DNA of 58,496 nt, the filler included, from Sphacelaria rigidula (lineage: Eukaryota): assembly GCA_964200075.2 (NCBI GenBank). It is 9 parts of 9 records of this genome, joined end to end, with 100 filler letters (N's around TTAATTAATTAA, not from the genome) between each part and the next. Parts side by side here need not be neighbours in the genome. Positions count along the whole stretch, not along the records: positions 1 to 6,411 come from CAXNAA020020235.1; positions 6,512 to 12,922 come from CAXNAA020020236.1; 7 more parts are not named here. One strand, written 5' to 3'. Position numbers and translations under genes: made by a program. Below, one piece after another: positions 1 through 11,829 of this stretch. Position 1 is the first letter of the stretch; each line of letters begins with the position of its first letter. Below the pieces are notes generated by a model. It searched no databases. It saw nothing but the letters and a program-made list of their open reading frames with translations, and was not told the origin of the DNA.

Positions 1-550
1 TTTTTGGTTTTTTGTGGCTTGTTTGTGGTGGTGGTTGTTCGGTGCAGTTTCCGTGTGGGTGGTTTGGGTGAGGTGGGGGGGGGGGGGGGGGGGGGGGGGG
101 GGTAGAAAGTTGTTCTTCCATGTGTAGTTGGTTAACTCGCATCTGTATTACCCAACCCGAAAACAGAAGGCGTGGGGTTTTGGGAGTGGGCTTCTGTCGC
201 GTCTCTTTTTGTCATAAGAGACCCGAGCTGCTCCCACACGTCTCTACTGGTCGTTGTTTTGTTCGGAGGAATTGAAGTATAGAGCGAGGGTGGGGTGGAA
301 ACCAGCTAAGAACGGGCACAAACACGAAACAAAGACGAACACGATTTTCGAAAGCTCTTCGTTGCTGGGCCTCAATAAGCTAGCTTACGGCTTCCATTTG
401 CGGAACGGCATTAAAGCTGACGCGGTGCGCACACACACATCTACACGCACGCAATGGAGCCAGTCTTGACAAAAATACGTTTGGGAGCCTGTTTCTCTAT
501 TTCTCTATATATTTTGTCTTTGATTCATCAACTGAACACACGCGAGTCAG

Positions 551-1206
551 GAAACAGCGGAGCTCGAGCGCGTGGTGGCCGCCAGAATAGCGATGCTCAA
601 ACGAAAACGAGCACGAGCGGTGACGGCAGTAGGGTGGCAATCGCCCAGCACTACTTTATCCTCGCATCATCACCGGCCCGACGGAGGCAACGGCGGCAGT
701 AGTGCCGGCACCGGCTCCGCAGCGGTCAAGATAAGCTCTTCTGGTGGCAGTAGCGGTGGCAGTAGCGGTGGCAGTAGCAAGGGGAAGGAGAAGAAGCAGT
801 CCGCAAAAGACAAAGACAGGGGGAAGGAGAAGAAGCAGTCCGCAAAAGACAAGGACAGGGGGAAGGAGAAGAAGCAGACCACGAAAGACAAGGACAGGGG
901 GGAGGAGAAGAAACAGTCCACAAAAGACATGGACAGGGAGAAGGACAGCAGCAACAGCAGTGCTGGTACCAGCAAGCAGTCCTCCAGTAAGCGGGAACGA
1001 GAGAGGGACGGTGGCGGTGGGAAGCGAGATCCCGGTAGCGGCGTCAGCAGTAAGAAAAGCAAGAAGAATCGTCCTGCTAGTGGGAGCGGGGGTACGGCTG
1101 GAGAGGATGCCGTAGGAGTAGGGCGGTTGGTTGCCCCGGCGGCAACGGTGCCGAGATCTCAGGCGATGATACCCAAGAAAAAGAAGAAGAGGGCGGAGGA
1201 GAAGAG
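551..1206 (+). CDS. Internal exon of an unknown gene encoding a Lys/Ser/Gly-rich low-complexity segment with NLS-like basic clusters
   Basis: Acceptor cag|GAA at 550/551, open frame ETAELERVVAARIAMLKRKR...PKKKKKRAEEK, donor AG|gtgcgt at 1206/1207. Contains an in-frame 39-bp repeat. Confidence 0.6.
781..940 (+). repeat. Coding minisatellite, 39-bp unit x ~4 (GKEKKQSAKDKDR)
   Basis: Directly visible tandem repeat whose unit length is a multiple of 3. Confidence 0.9.
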
Positions 1207-2525
1207 GTGCGTTTGCCGAGGGAGTGTTGCTCTTTGCTGTGTAGTAGTACGTTATGGTGAATCCGTGCGTGTTTGTGTGTGTGTATTGCTCAGAGCGGAT
1301 ATTGCAAGGACCGAGTGTGAGGTTCAGTAGTGTTGAGCTCAGTGCCCCGAGGGTCTGCGCAGTACAGAGCGGATCACTGACTGTCGACGGCCCTGTAGCT
1401 TGTTTGGAAAGTGTCGTGTGTGTGAGTCGCGAGATCATTTTGGCCAGCGCCGTGACCGAAGCTCGAGTATCTCCGCACCACATCGTGGACAAGGGATGAG
1501 TGAGCTGGAAGGGGAAAAAACACGTCATTGATTATTCCTCCTCTCATCTTTGTCTTTTGTTCACGTATGTGTGCAACATTTTCGCAGTGCGTTCCCACAG
1601 CGATCGCCGGCCTGGGCATCGCGCACTCCAAAGCCCGGAGACCAGGTAACCCCTCCCCCCTTCCCTCTATTTTTTAATGTAGATTTGTTGTTATACACGC
1701 AGTGGTCTGCACCTGTTCAACACTTGAGCATACTCCTCCTCACCCCCCCACCGCCCCGCCCCCGAGCGGGTCAAAGCTGCTCGCCTAAATATTTGCACAT
1801 GACGTTCCGCGTATCAGTGCGCAAATGATGGACACTTGATGGAATCACACCCTATTGTGAACCGGTTATTCTGGGTGGATGCGTAAAAGTGTGTTACGAC
1901 CAGGTACGGTAGCCCGCAGCCCAGAAGGTCTGCCCAAGTGTTGACTCACTCTGTTTACAGGGCTTAGGGGAAGGGTGTATACCCTTCTTTTTTGTTTTTT
2001 GCTCTAGAGAGAGGTACGTCCACTCGCGCTTAGGAGGCGGTTTTTTTTCGCGAACTCGGTGACAAGAATCCATGGTTGACACAAACGCGCGCACTATATT
2101 GTTTTCCGTCAGACCGTAGCGCTGTATATTAAACCTCAACCCTCTCGGAACCGTTGATGGAAAAATGACGATTTACAATCGACGTTTCCTATTTTTGGGG
2201 CAAGATATATTTTGTTTTGTTTTCCCCTGCAACTGTTGATGATGCAGCAGCTCACCAACATGGTGCACCTCAAGTTTGAGCATGCTAACGTGACAAATTC
2301 GTGCACCGAACTCCGAGTGAGTTTTTCTCGGCGACGGAAGCTCGCATATGGCAGTTTGTACGATGTTTCGCGAGATCCAAAAAGGCCAAACCTCAAACAA
2401 CAGGAAGATTGGGGACCTTCGAGTGGAAGGGGGATATTGTCCGTGTACAAGTAGTGCTCTGAGCAGAGGGTGTACGCGCTGATTTGGCCTAAATCGGCGC
2501 CGATTTGGGCCAAGACGCGTGTTGC

Positions 2526-2910
2526 CCAGAGGTGGGTTAATCGGCGTTGGGCTACGATGTGTCCATGGTTGACACATTTTACAACTATCGGCATCCCTAA
2601 AACTATAACTATCGATATCCCTAAAACTATAACTATCGATATCCCTAACCCTAACCCCGACCCCAGGCATACCGAGAAACCTCGGACAAGGGAGGTACAT
2701 AAGGTTGGTTCCCTAGGCAAAGTGCAGCCTTGGTAGACCCCAAATCGGCGCCTGTGGTGGCGCTGATTCGAACGAAAACGCGTTCAGCACACGCGAGGAG
2801 CACACGGGACTGTCAGCCCCATCAAAGATCCGATTTTCGTTCTTTAGACTCCAATCAAGTGATATCAACCATGGACATATGGTGGCCCAAACACCGGTTA
2901 ACTCTACTGG
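2526..2910. mobile_element. Dispersed repeat with ~48-bp inverted arms (2526-2574 / 2863-2910) and a core containing CCCTAA-like telomeric repeats
   Basis: The core ccctaaccctaacccc...cctcggacaaggg...ggtagaccccaa recurs reverse-complemented at ~32975-33170, ~35525-35650 and 45577-45660. Confidence 0.6.
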
Positions 2911-3304
2911 TCGCACACGCTCGGCGAGCCATTTGAACGACTGTGAGCCTTTTGGAAATCCGAATATGGTTGTCAACACTGAAAAACAAGTCTCAGTGCT
3001 TGATTTTTCGTTTTGCTTTGTTTTTGGAGTCTCGGGAGAAGCCGCTCAATGAGCACTTGCATGCCATGTAATAAGGAATAGTAGTAGCAGTGACGGAACT
3101 GGAAAGGCTAGACTACGTCTGTGACCACGGGTTCGAGAGATTGGCCTAATGTGAGGAAGTGATTGTCATAACATTTTATCCCTTTTTTTTTTTTTCACGT
3201 TTCCGCTTTTTCTTTTCTTTTTCTTAGTTTACTCTGTTGGTCTGTTGTACCTTTTCTGTTTCTCATTCTTCTTTATCGAGTCTGTCGGTTTTGTTCTGTC
3301 TCTC

Positions 3305-3378
3305 GGGTACGTCCATGATGTGACTACGTCTGGACCTCTGGGGGGGTCAGTTAAAGTGCGATAATCAATTAGTCAATG
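3305..3378 (+). mobile_element. 3' end of a non-LTR retrotransposon or SINE with an (AATC)n tail; further copies at 3822-3900 (+) and 19241-19303 (-)
   Basis: Conserved ...ggtcagttaaagtgcgacaatcaatc... followed by a short tandem tail in three places. Confidence 0.65.
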
Positions 3379-5687
3379 AAATGAAAAGAAATAAAAAGAA
3401 ATTAAATCGAATCAAAGTAATAATGATAATAAGGCCACTGCTTATGTATTCAGAACAACATGTCGGTAAAAGCTGCCTTGTTGATCCTTCTGCGTCGATT
3501 TTTCACGCCCTGAAAGAGGACGAGGCAGATGTCGACTACCTTGGAATGACTTGCTCCACTAGTTAAGGGCACACTCAGTACAATAGATTCCCTTGTCAAA
3601 AAGTGTACTGGGCGTAGTATCGACTATTGCGTCTATTGCAATAGACAATATATTCCGTACTGTGTTTTCTAGGTCGACCATCTCTTTCTGTACTTTGCTT
3701 TTGCTGATTTTTTTCTTCATTTGTTATTATTATTTGTTCACGTCTTGGTCTACTATGTCGTTCTCTTCGACTTTTTTCTGCTCCTTCGTTTCCTCGAACG
3801 AGTGTTTGAGTTTTGCCTTTCTTGGGTACGTCTATCATGCGACCGCGGCTGGACCCATGGGTGGTCAGTTAAAGTGCGACAATCAATCATCAATCAATCA
3901 TGACTGTGCACGGTACATTTTTTGACAGCGGAATATTTAGCCAGAGCGTGGTTGAGAGCCGTTCGTTGTGACTTGACCGTTCGTTCTTGAAAATGCAAGT
4001 TTGGCCAAAAATCAAACTGCGGTCACCGGAAAAGCGCAAAAAATGTCCTGAAACCGTCTCAACGAGTAATCGTAGAGCAAGTCATTTCAAGGTGTCAACA
4101 CCCGCCTAACCCTTTTTTAGGAGCGTAAAACGACTCAGGGAGAACCAGAAAAAGACAGGTTTCAACGAGATTTCATTTTTCACACCTAAGATGTGGCCTA
4201 ATAGTAACAATCATTATAATAAAAAAAAATCCACCGTAGAGTTGGCGTGTAAACTCTACTCACTGGCATTTTTTGCGGATGGAGTCCTGCTTGATGCCCC
4301 CCCAAAGGGGACTTTGCCGCCGCCTCCAAGCAGCATTTTATTGACTGTTCCCGTGGATTGGACGTCAGTCTTGGAGAGAGGCGGCAGGGTCGGTGATTCC
4401 TTTAGTGTGTGCGCGCGTTATAACGGCGATGGTTATATACCTCTTCTGTCTCATAAGTCTGGGTACCTATGGACTTTAAATTTTTCGCGTATGCAAACTA
4501 TTCCGATCATCCTATAGTTGGGTTCGTTGGAAAGATGAAACGCCAACGAAGCTGATGCAAAATTAATGAATAAATAAAAGTTAGTTGTCCATACTAAAAT
4601 GAAGTCAAAATATTCCCATTTTGGCCTTATCTGGCCCACTTATACCCCATTATTGAACGATTTTGGACGCTTTTACGTCGAGCACCAATGATTACAGGCT
4701 GCAAAATCGTTAAATGGCGCGTGCGTAGGTTAACGTCACGGAAATATCTAAAATTTTTGGTTATTTTTCGATTTTCACTTTTTTTCACGATTTTTGGCGA
4801 TTTTTCGTGTCCCCCGGTCCCCCATGCTTTACTGGGAAAAAGAGCGAAAAAATTCCATTTTCTGGCTAACCAACTTTTTTTCGGCCGCGAGACTCCACGC
4901 GTCAAGCACCCACGTTGTAGAAAGAATGTTTTGCTTGGCTCAAAAAACGCCAACGAATGCAATAAAAAAATCGAAAATCAAATCTGACACCGTCAAGGGC
5001 TCGTACAAATGTAAGTTCCCAGACTTACGAGACAGAGGAAGTATATATTTTGTGGATGTGAAAATTCTTTGACTGGTGGCAGACGATTCTTGTGCGTATT
5101 GAGGTCCCTGCTTTTTGTTTGTTGTTTTTGTTTCATCTTGGTATCTGTTGTGGCATGTGGGGACCGGACGATCCGCCTTTGTTGAATGTGCGCAAAATAT
5201 CAGCTTTTGTTCGGGACTTTCAACTGGAGGCGGCGTTAGGGGGCGAATGGTTGATAATATGGTCATGATCTATTATTTTGTTTGTAGTGGTACCAAAAAA
5301 AGTGTTCATACGTACAGAAAAAGTGGTGTGCCGTATTCGAGGGGAATATGAATTGTTTGTTTTAGCTCATGTGCCCTGTTCCCAACAGATCTTGTGTTTC
5401 AGGCAGCGGAAGACAAAAACCGAGTGCAGACACAGCTTGGTTGGAATGAAGAGCAGACGGAAAGGGAAGGAGATAGATCACTTTGTGATTTTCGTCTTGT
5501 GTTTCTTTTGTTCCCCGATTTTTCTTGCTTTTTTTTGTTGTTGTTCTGTATGTCCGTCTTTCTGTCCGTCTGTCCCGTTTGCCCGTTTGTCTATCTGTTG
5601 TTACTTTCCCCTTGGAGACAGACATATAAGATGGACAGAGGCAGGTAGGCAGGCAGGCAGAGAGACAGGCAGACGCGGTCTTGTTAA

Positions 5688-5890
5688 CCCTTGGACCGCA
5701 GCGCAGGTAGTCCATCTGGATAACGCATATTTTTTCTCAAGTTAATGTTGATGCCGATTCAGCAGGTGACCTACTCTTGCCGTCTAAGGATTAAGCCTGT
5801 GACCGCGAGGGTAGGTCACCTGCTGAATCGGCATCAACATTCACTCGAAAAAAACATGGGTAATCTAGATGGACCACCTGCACCTAAGGG
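5688..5890. mobile_element. piggyBac-type MITE (TTAA TSD, CCCTT...AAGGG termini) with a long internal inverted repeat
   Basis: TTAA at 5684-5687 and 5891-5894. Perfect 30-bp inverted repeat at 5745-5774 / 5811-5840, with further imperfect pairing outward. Confidence 0.8.
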
Positions 5891-6022
5891 TTAATCAGGG
5901 AATGAGATGAGCATTATTGGATGTTTCCAAGAGTTTTCTCCAACGACCAGCTTACCGTACAAACAAACCGTTGGGCCGTCACGTGTGTGTGCGCGCGCGT
6001 GCGCGTGTGCGTGTGCGTGCAG

Positions 6023-6138
6023 GTGGCGGCGAAGCTGGAGAAGGAGGATAACTGGATATTGGCTACAGTGCTCAAAGTTCTCGCGTCGCAGAACATGTTC
6101 TTGGTGGTAGATGATGACGGTGGCGAGGGCAAACACAG
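6023..6138 (+). CDS. Probable small internal exon (VAAKLEKEDNWILATVLKVLASQNMFLVVDDDGGEGKH), product unknown
   Basis: gtgcag| acceptor after a GT/GC-repeat tract, AG|gtgcgg donor, open frame with globular-looking composition. Confidence 0.5.
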
Positions 6139-6333
6139 GTGCGGACGAAGCGGTGCAGACTGCGTATTTCTAAAAAGTAGTTGATTATTCATAAGGTGTG
6201 GAGTGACTGCTCGTTCTGAAATAGGGCATGTCCATCCCACGATTGGCAACACGAACCTCGCTAACCTCAATTTTCATACATTTACCAATTTTCATACATG
6301 TGTACGCATATATATTCGACACTTTTACAATAG

Positions 6334-6367
<34 letters not shown>

Positions 6368-6411
6368 CTTCCCCCCATGCGCCCCCTGCGCGCCTACCCC
6401 CCCTGCCCAGC

Positions 6412-6511
6412 NNNNNNNNNNNNNNNNNNNNNNNNNNNNNNNNNNNNNNNNNNNNTTAATTAATTAANNNNNNNNNNNNNNNNNNNNNNNNNNNNNNNNN
6501 NNNNNNNNNNN
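6412..6511. other. Artificial contig-concatenation linker N44-TTAATTAATTAA-N44; identical copies at 12923-13022, 19434-19533, 25945-26044, 32456-32555, 38967-39066, 45477-45576 and 51987-52086
   Basis: Eight identical 100-bp spacers carry a stop-in-six-frames 12-mer. The intervening segments are 6411 bp (six times) then 6410 bp (three times), as expected for size-sorted contigs. Confidence 0.98.
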
Positions 6512-7341
6512 TGGTGGATCGGGGATTGCGGCTGTGCTTGGTGGTATTGCTGTGGTTGCTGTTGATGGAGTTGTTGTACGTGGTGCTGGTCCGGCTACGG
6601 TTGCTGTTGTTGCTGCGGCGGCTGCGGTTGTTGGTGTTAGTGCTGCGGTTGTTGGTGCTGCTCGTGCTGCTGAGGTTGATGCTATTGCTGCTGCTGTTGC
6701 GGTTGATGATGGTGATGTGGCTGTGACTGTTGGAGTTGGTGATGCGGTAGTGGCCCTCCGATGGGTGGCGGCAGTGGGGCGCTGGGTGCAAGCGGGGAGG
6801 CCCCGTTTGCTCTTCCCCCCGCCATGTGCTGTTGCTGTGCGGCGCCCGCCGGCTGCCGGCCGGTCCCGCCTTGGACGACCCCGCCTTGCTGTTGTGGTTG
6901 TCCGTACTGGAGAAGATGTACCTGCTGTTGAAGGTTCGTGATTGCCTGGCTCTGTTGCTGCTGTCGGTGAAGGCTTTGCTGGTGTTGCTGTTCCATGTTG
7001 ATGTTCGTTTTCGCCTGTGCCTGGAGGATTTGAGCTAAAATGTCTGATGGCTCGCTTGGGCTTGGTGGGGGTCCGAGTGGCGGTGGGGGGGGTGCAGGTG
7101 CGTCAGTGTTCAACTGGCCTGTACTACCCTGCGGGCGGGCATGCTGGTTGACGGAGATCGGGTTGCTGTGCGTGCCTCCGGCTTGTGGTGCCAAGGCTCG
7201 GCGTGGTTCCCTTCCTGCGGCCCTTCCCTCTTTTGCTCCTGCCGTTGCTCGAGCTCCTGATGTGCTGTGGGGGTGTTGGCCTTGGCTTTGCGAAGCTGCT
7301 CCTCCCGCTGCTGCTGCTCCCGATGTTGATGTGTTGCCCAT
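6512..7341 (-). pseudogene. Decayed Gln/Pro/His-rich ORF starting MGNTSTS, probably a retroelement gag-like ORF; truncated by the contig end
   Basis: Intronless frame from ATG 7341 with a coiled-coil-like DILAQILQAQ...ITNLQQQV segment. The Q-rich frame continues past three stops located where Gln codons are expected (~6682, ~6637, ~6595). Confidence 0.5.
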
Positions 7342-8551
7342 TGTAAAATCGATCAAGTGCCAGGGACTACTGTACTACTGAGACTGCTGGCGTGTCGCTG
7401 ACTGGTCAACTGGTCTCGAGTGATATTGTCTGCTTCTTTGGTGACCTTGCACTAGACCAGTCTCGCCCGCTTGAACCAACTCTGCGGCGTTTGCGCCTTG
7501 GACACGCGATCTCTTATATCTTATTTCAACTTCGGCATACGCCAGAGTACATCTCTTATAATTCGTCATCCGCCAACACAAACCTCGTATTCATACTGAA
7601 TACACCCAATCTTTCATTGTAAAAATGGTTGCCGTCGGCCTTTTCTGTTTTCATCTTTTCCGCTTCGTCAGGGCTTCTCATAAAAAGGCGTTTGACCAGG
7701 GGACAGGAGGGGGGGGTTTCAAAAGGCTTAATCTGCCTTGGACATCCTCGAAAACAAGAACCTTTCCGCCAACTCGTCAGCTGGCGGCCGCACTTGCATG
7801 TGCGGCTGCAAGGTCGCGACCAACTTCATAGCGTACGGCTGCTCCAGCTGCAGCCGTCGTGCGAACACATGCACTGCCTGTGCCTGGTGTGTGGGGACTA
7901 ATTTGGGCGGGCGCCGCTTGCAGGTGGCGGGGACTAATTTGGACGAGCGCTGACGGGAGATCGTCAAGCGACTGCTGCGCGGCGCATCCCAGGTAGAGGC
8001 GGTCAAGGCAGACGCAGCGAAGCAACAGCTTAAATATACACTGCTCTAAATGCCACCGTGATGGAAACGCGGAGGAAATCATGCCTTGGCAACGACAAGT
8101 GCGGGCGATGGGCTTGCAGCGGTTGCCATAAGAGTTTTGACCGTGACCTCAAGGTCAAGTGCTGCCGATGCGACAAGAGCATCTGCCAGCTTTGCGAATG
8201 CCAAGGGTGAGTCCGTGATCGGCAGAGTGCAATTTCCTCTCATATCGCTGATCCCTGTGTTTCGGCGTCGGAGTATTTCCGTGTGAGTACATGTGTGCGA
8301 TGTATCGATGTTCGTTTTAGACTAATTTCCAAGTGGAATAGCTCTACACGGCCGAAGGAGAGGACGGTGGATCGACACACATGAACCGAAAACGCTGAAA
8401 ACGACCGTGGTAATGAACAGTCCAGAATTGAAACCGACGTTTTTTACCGTACTCATATATGTGCAACCTCTTGTCTGGTACCACAAAAACTATGCAAGAA
8501 ATACTCGTAGATGTTGAAACATTTGAGCGGAATACTGACGTGAGGTGATGA

Positions 8552-9098
8552 TAGGCCCTGACTTCTAAGGCATGCCTTACTTTTTGCCTTAGAGCCCCTT
8601 TTCAGCAAGGGGTTGCCCGAGAAAGAATATGGCGCCTGAGATGCCTTGTTTGGGCGAGGCAAACGCATATACTACAACAAAGAAGGGAAGTAAGGCACAC
8701 GAATTACGACGTCAACTCCAATTAGTCGGGATACCGTGGTTTTCCTCTTTGCCTTAGAGCTCAAAGAGTCCCTTTTCGAAAAGGGGTTGCCTGATACGGT
8801 GTTTTATGCCTGAGATGCCATATTTAAGACAGGAAAACACATTATATAAAAAAAATAACAGCAATAAGTCAAGCCTATGACGACGCCCACTCCAATTATT
8901 CGGGGAACCGGAGTCATTGTCTAAGGCAAGTCTCAGGCAAGTCTCAGGCATCCCGCGGTATGAACTAAGGCATGTCAAGCATCAATATCGGGTAAGGCAT
9001 GCCTTAGCAGTTGCCTGAGGCCAACTATTTTGCCTGAGACGTGCCTTAAACGGTTTGCCTTAGACCCCCCTTCGGCATGCCTTAGAAGTCAGGGCCTA
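8552..9098. mobile_element. Non-autonomous hAT element (MITE)
   Basis: Perfect 25-bp TIR TAGGCCCTGACTTCTAAGGCATGCC. 8-bp TSD GGTGATGA/GGTGATTA (7/8). Many internal GCCTTAG/GCCTGAG subterminal motifs. Confidence 0.9.
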
Positions 9099-10466
9099 GG
9101 TGATTAAGTATGTACGTTTTTCTACGCCATACCCTGCGAGCCCCTCCACCCACCCGCCACCATCAATGTACTGCTTATTGTCGTTGACATTGCACTTCTG
9201 TTTCTGGATATAACCGACGCCCCCATGGGGCAGGGAAGATGATGCAGGATCAAATCGTGCCTCGCCTCATGTGATCACCACACACAATGGCGAAGAATGC
9301 AGAGCTCGTCGGATTGCCCCCTCGAGTACAAATAGGTACAACCTTTTTTTTCGCCGTGCGAGAGAGCGGGAGCCATACGGTTGAGCACCGGTGGGCGCAC
9401 GTTAAGAAATATGACAACCAGGAGACGCGATCAATGTGCGAGGTAACGTGTTCATACATATCGCAATTGCACCGTATAGCAGGGCTGACACATTTGGCGT
9501 CGGTACACGTGTGTTGGAATCCTGTCTGATACGCTCGTTATCGATACTTCTGCTCAGTATCTCGATATGGCGAGACGTTAAATTTGTACTTGACTTGAAC
9601 GGGGAGGCTGTCGAGGCCCGTGGCAAGTTCATTTTCCATATGTCGATGTTGGTATCATCATGTTGATATGCACTCAGGAGTACAAGGCCGCCCATATATT
9701 GTGAACCGTACAGGCTGTCAGAGGAAACGGGTGCACACAAAACAAATTGCGAGGAACCGCGAAGAGCAAACACACGAACATGGTAGCGCTGGATTTGTGC
9801 GTACACGGAGATGAATGGATGGGTTCTGGTGTGGAGGTGAATGCTGTGAAGGCGCCTGCGGATAGCTCTGATTCCCAGAGGCCGCGTGAGCCGGCGGGGG
9901 AGGCCATCAGCATTTGGATTTCTGCAGGAGAGGCCGGAAGCGTTCCGGAAGAAAATTCGAGACTCCCTTAACCTCATGGCCGCAGTCCAGTTTCCACCAC
10001 GAAACCAGCTGGGCTGCCTACGTACAACATAGAGATAGATCAATCGAAGTTCACGGCATCGCTGGAACGATGCAGTATGTGCAAGGGATCGCTGACGCGG
10101 GCAGGTTCGGTCACTGTCAAATTGCCGACCCGGGTCAGGCAATGGTTGGAAGAATTGGTGGGCAGTGTGATGTTCAGTTTTTCAGCACGGAAGGTAGCAT
10201 TTGGTAAGCATGGCTTTTGTTTACATTGTTATTTTTGGAGGAATGAACGTTCTCGTGCTGTCGCGTGATGTAGGGTTCTCCCAATATCCTTCGGGTAGTC
10301 GTCCTTTTATGCTCGTAATCTCACCCAAAGCAGTGCTCGCCTTGTAGATATTATGCCCCGAGTCTTAATCACTTTGAAAAAAAGATTGGTCGATTCATGC
10401 TAGGTTAGTGGATGTGATGCTCGATACGAGCTGGGCCAGACTAGAAGCGGATTTGTGTTTGCAGAT

Positions 10467-10728
10467 CCATTCGCAGCTCAATTTTTAGAGCTGGACCTTG
10501 AAATTTGGTATGGGCAATGAACAGGCTATGATAAAAACGTATGCATGGACCCGAAGCTTTTTTTCCATGAGTTGACGGCATTTTACTGAAACCTGAAAAC
10601 TGATTGTTGCCTTTTACTCATGATCGAGAAACAAAGCTTTGGCTCCATGCATTTGTTTTTTCATTATGGTCTATTCGTTGTCCATACCAAATTTCAAGGT
10701 CCAACTCTAAAAATTGAGCTGCGAACGG
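10467..10728. mobile_element. Foldback MITE with ~110-bp imperfect inverted arms
   Basis: ttcgcagctcaatttttagagctggaccttgaaatttggtatgg pairs with ccataccaaatttcaaggtccaactctaaaaattgagctgcgaa. Confidence 0.8.
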
Positions 10729-11227
10729 GCCGTTTGAAAACCGGGCCTGTCTAAATTCGGAACAATATTTTGCGGGTCACTTACTGGCCCAGGTTTGGTA
10801 CTTGTGTGTTGGAATTTTGTGTGGGACCTCGCTAGGGTATGAAGTAAGAAAAGTCGGTCAGGTTGGTTTTTTTCTGCTGGTCTCGGACGCTTTGGTACGG
10901 TGAAGACAATTTTTTCACGAGAACGCCACAACTTCTCTCTCAAAAAGGAAGAGAAGGCCCACTTTTTTTTTCTTCAGGATGCCGTTGTCCTTCTCCATCT
11001 CAGTTTCAAATCACAATTCCAGAAATTGAGCTAAAAACACTGAAGTAAGATCCAAGAACAATGGTCTTTTGTCCTCGAAACTATCCCGAAAAAAATGAAA
11101 AGCACATATATGTGACGGAGAAGAGTAGAAATGACCCAGCAGATGCCCTTCTCGGGTTGAAGGTATGTGGAGTGCGAGGAAAGTCCCCCTCTTTTCTTGA
11201 CTGGGTGTAAATGTTTAGGATGCTCGT

Positions 11228-11825
11228 GAACGTCGGCCGAGACAACGTCGAAACGAGTGCATTCGTTTGTGTTTTTCGAAACACCGAGGATGACTTGCTT
11301 GCTTGAGTGATATATTTTGAAAACGACGAGCATGACTCGTTTGCTCGGGTCATGTATTTTTTAACTACGAGCAGTGACTTGAGTGCTCGAGCTATTCATT
11401 TTTAAACCAAGAGCACTGGCTCGTGTACTAGAGTCGTTTATATTTTCCATCACGAGCGATGAGTTGTTTGCTCGAGTCGTCGTTTTTTTTCAACCACGAG
11501 CAATGACTCGTGTGCTGGGGTCATCTATTATTTTCCCCACGAGCAATGACTTGAGAGGTCGGGCTATTCGTTTTTCGAACCACGAGTAATGATTCGTGTA
11601 CTGGAGTCATTTATTGAACCACGAACAATGACTCATGTACCCGAGTGAGTAATTTTGAAAACCACGAGCGATGACTCGTGTGCTTAAGTCATTGCTTTTT
11701 TCAACCGCGAGCAGTGACTCGTGCACTCGAGTCATTTATTATTCCCCCCACAAGCAGTGACTCCAGTGCTCGAGCTATTTATTTTTTTAAACATGAGCAA
11801 TGACTCGCTTTCTCGGATCATTTTC
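11228..11825 (+). repeat. Array of ~37-40-bp palindromic units (acgagcaatgactcgtgtgctcgagtcat + T-rich linker); interior of a TIR element family
   Basis: About 13 degenerate units. The same unit and the same leader (cgtcgaaacgagtgca) occur at 47907-48790. Confidence 0.85.
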
Positions 11826-11829
11826 TTTC

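Noticed and set aside
656..1528. 290-aa minus-strand ORF and other overlapping ORFs
   Set aside because: These are antisense shadows of the low-complexity + strand exon.
6456..6467. Regularly spaced TTAATTAATTAA as a biological motif
   Set aside because: It is embedded in N runs and is a synthetic linker.
6590..6690. Non-standard genetic code (TAA/TAG = Gln)
   Set aside because: ESS2 ends in TAA and MYB ends in TAG at the expected positions, and the MYB polyQ is pure CAG. The stops are better explained by decay.
11330..11825. CRISPR array
   Set aside because: The linkers are short, T-rich and mutually similar, the repeats are degenerate, and there are no cas genes. The context is eukaryotic and the same array is bounded by TIRs at 47907-48790.
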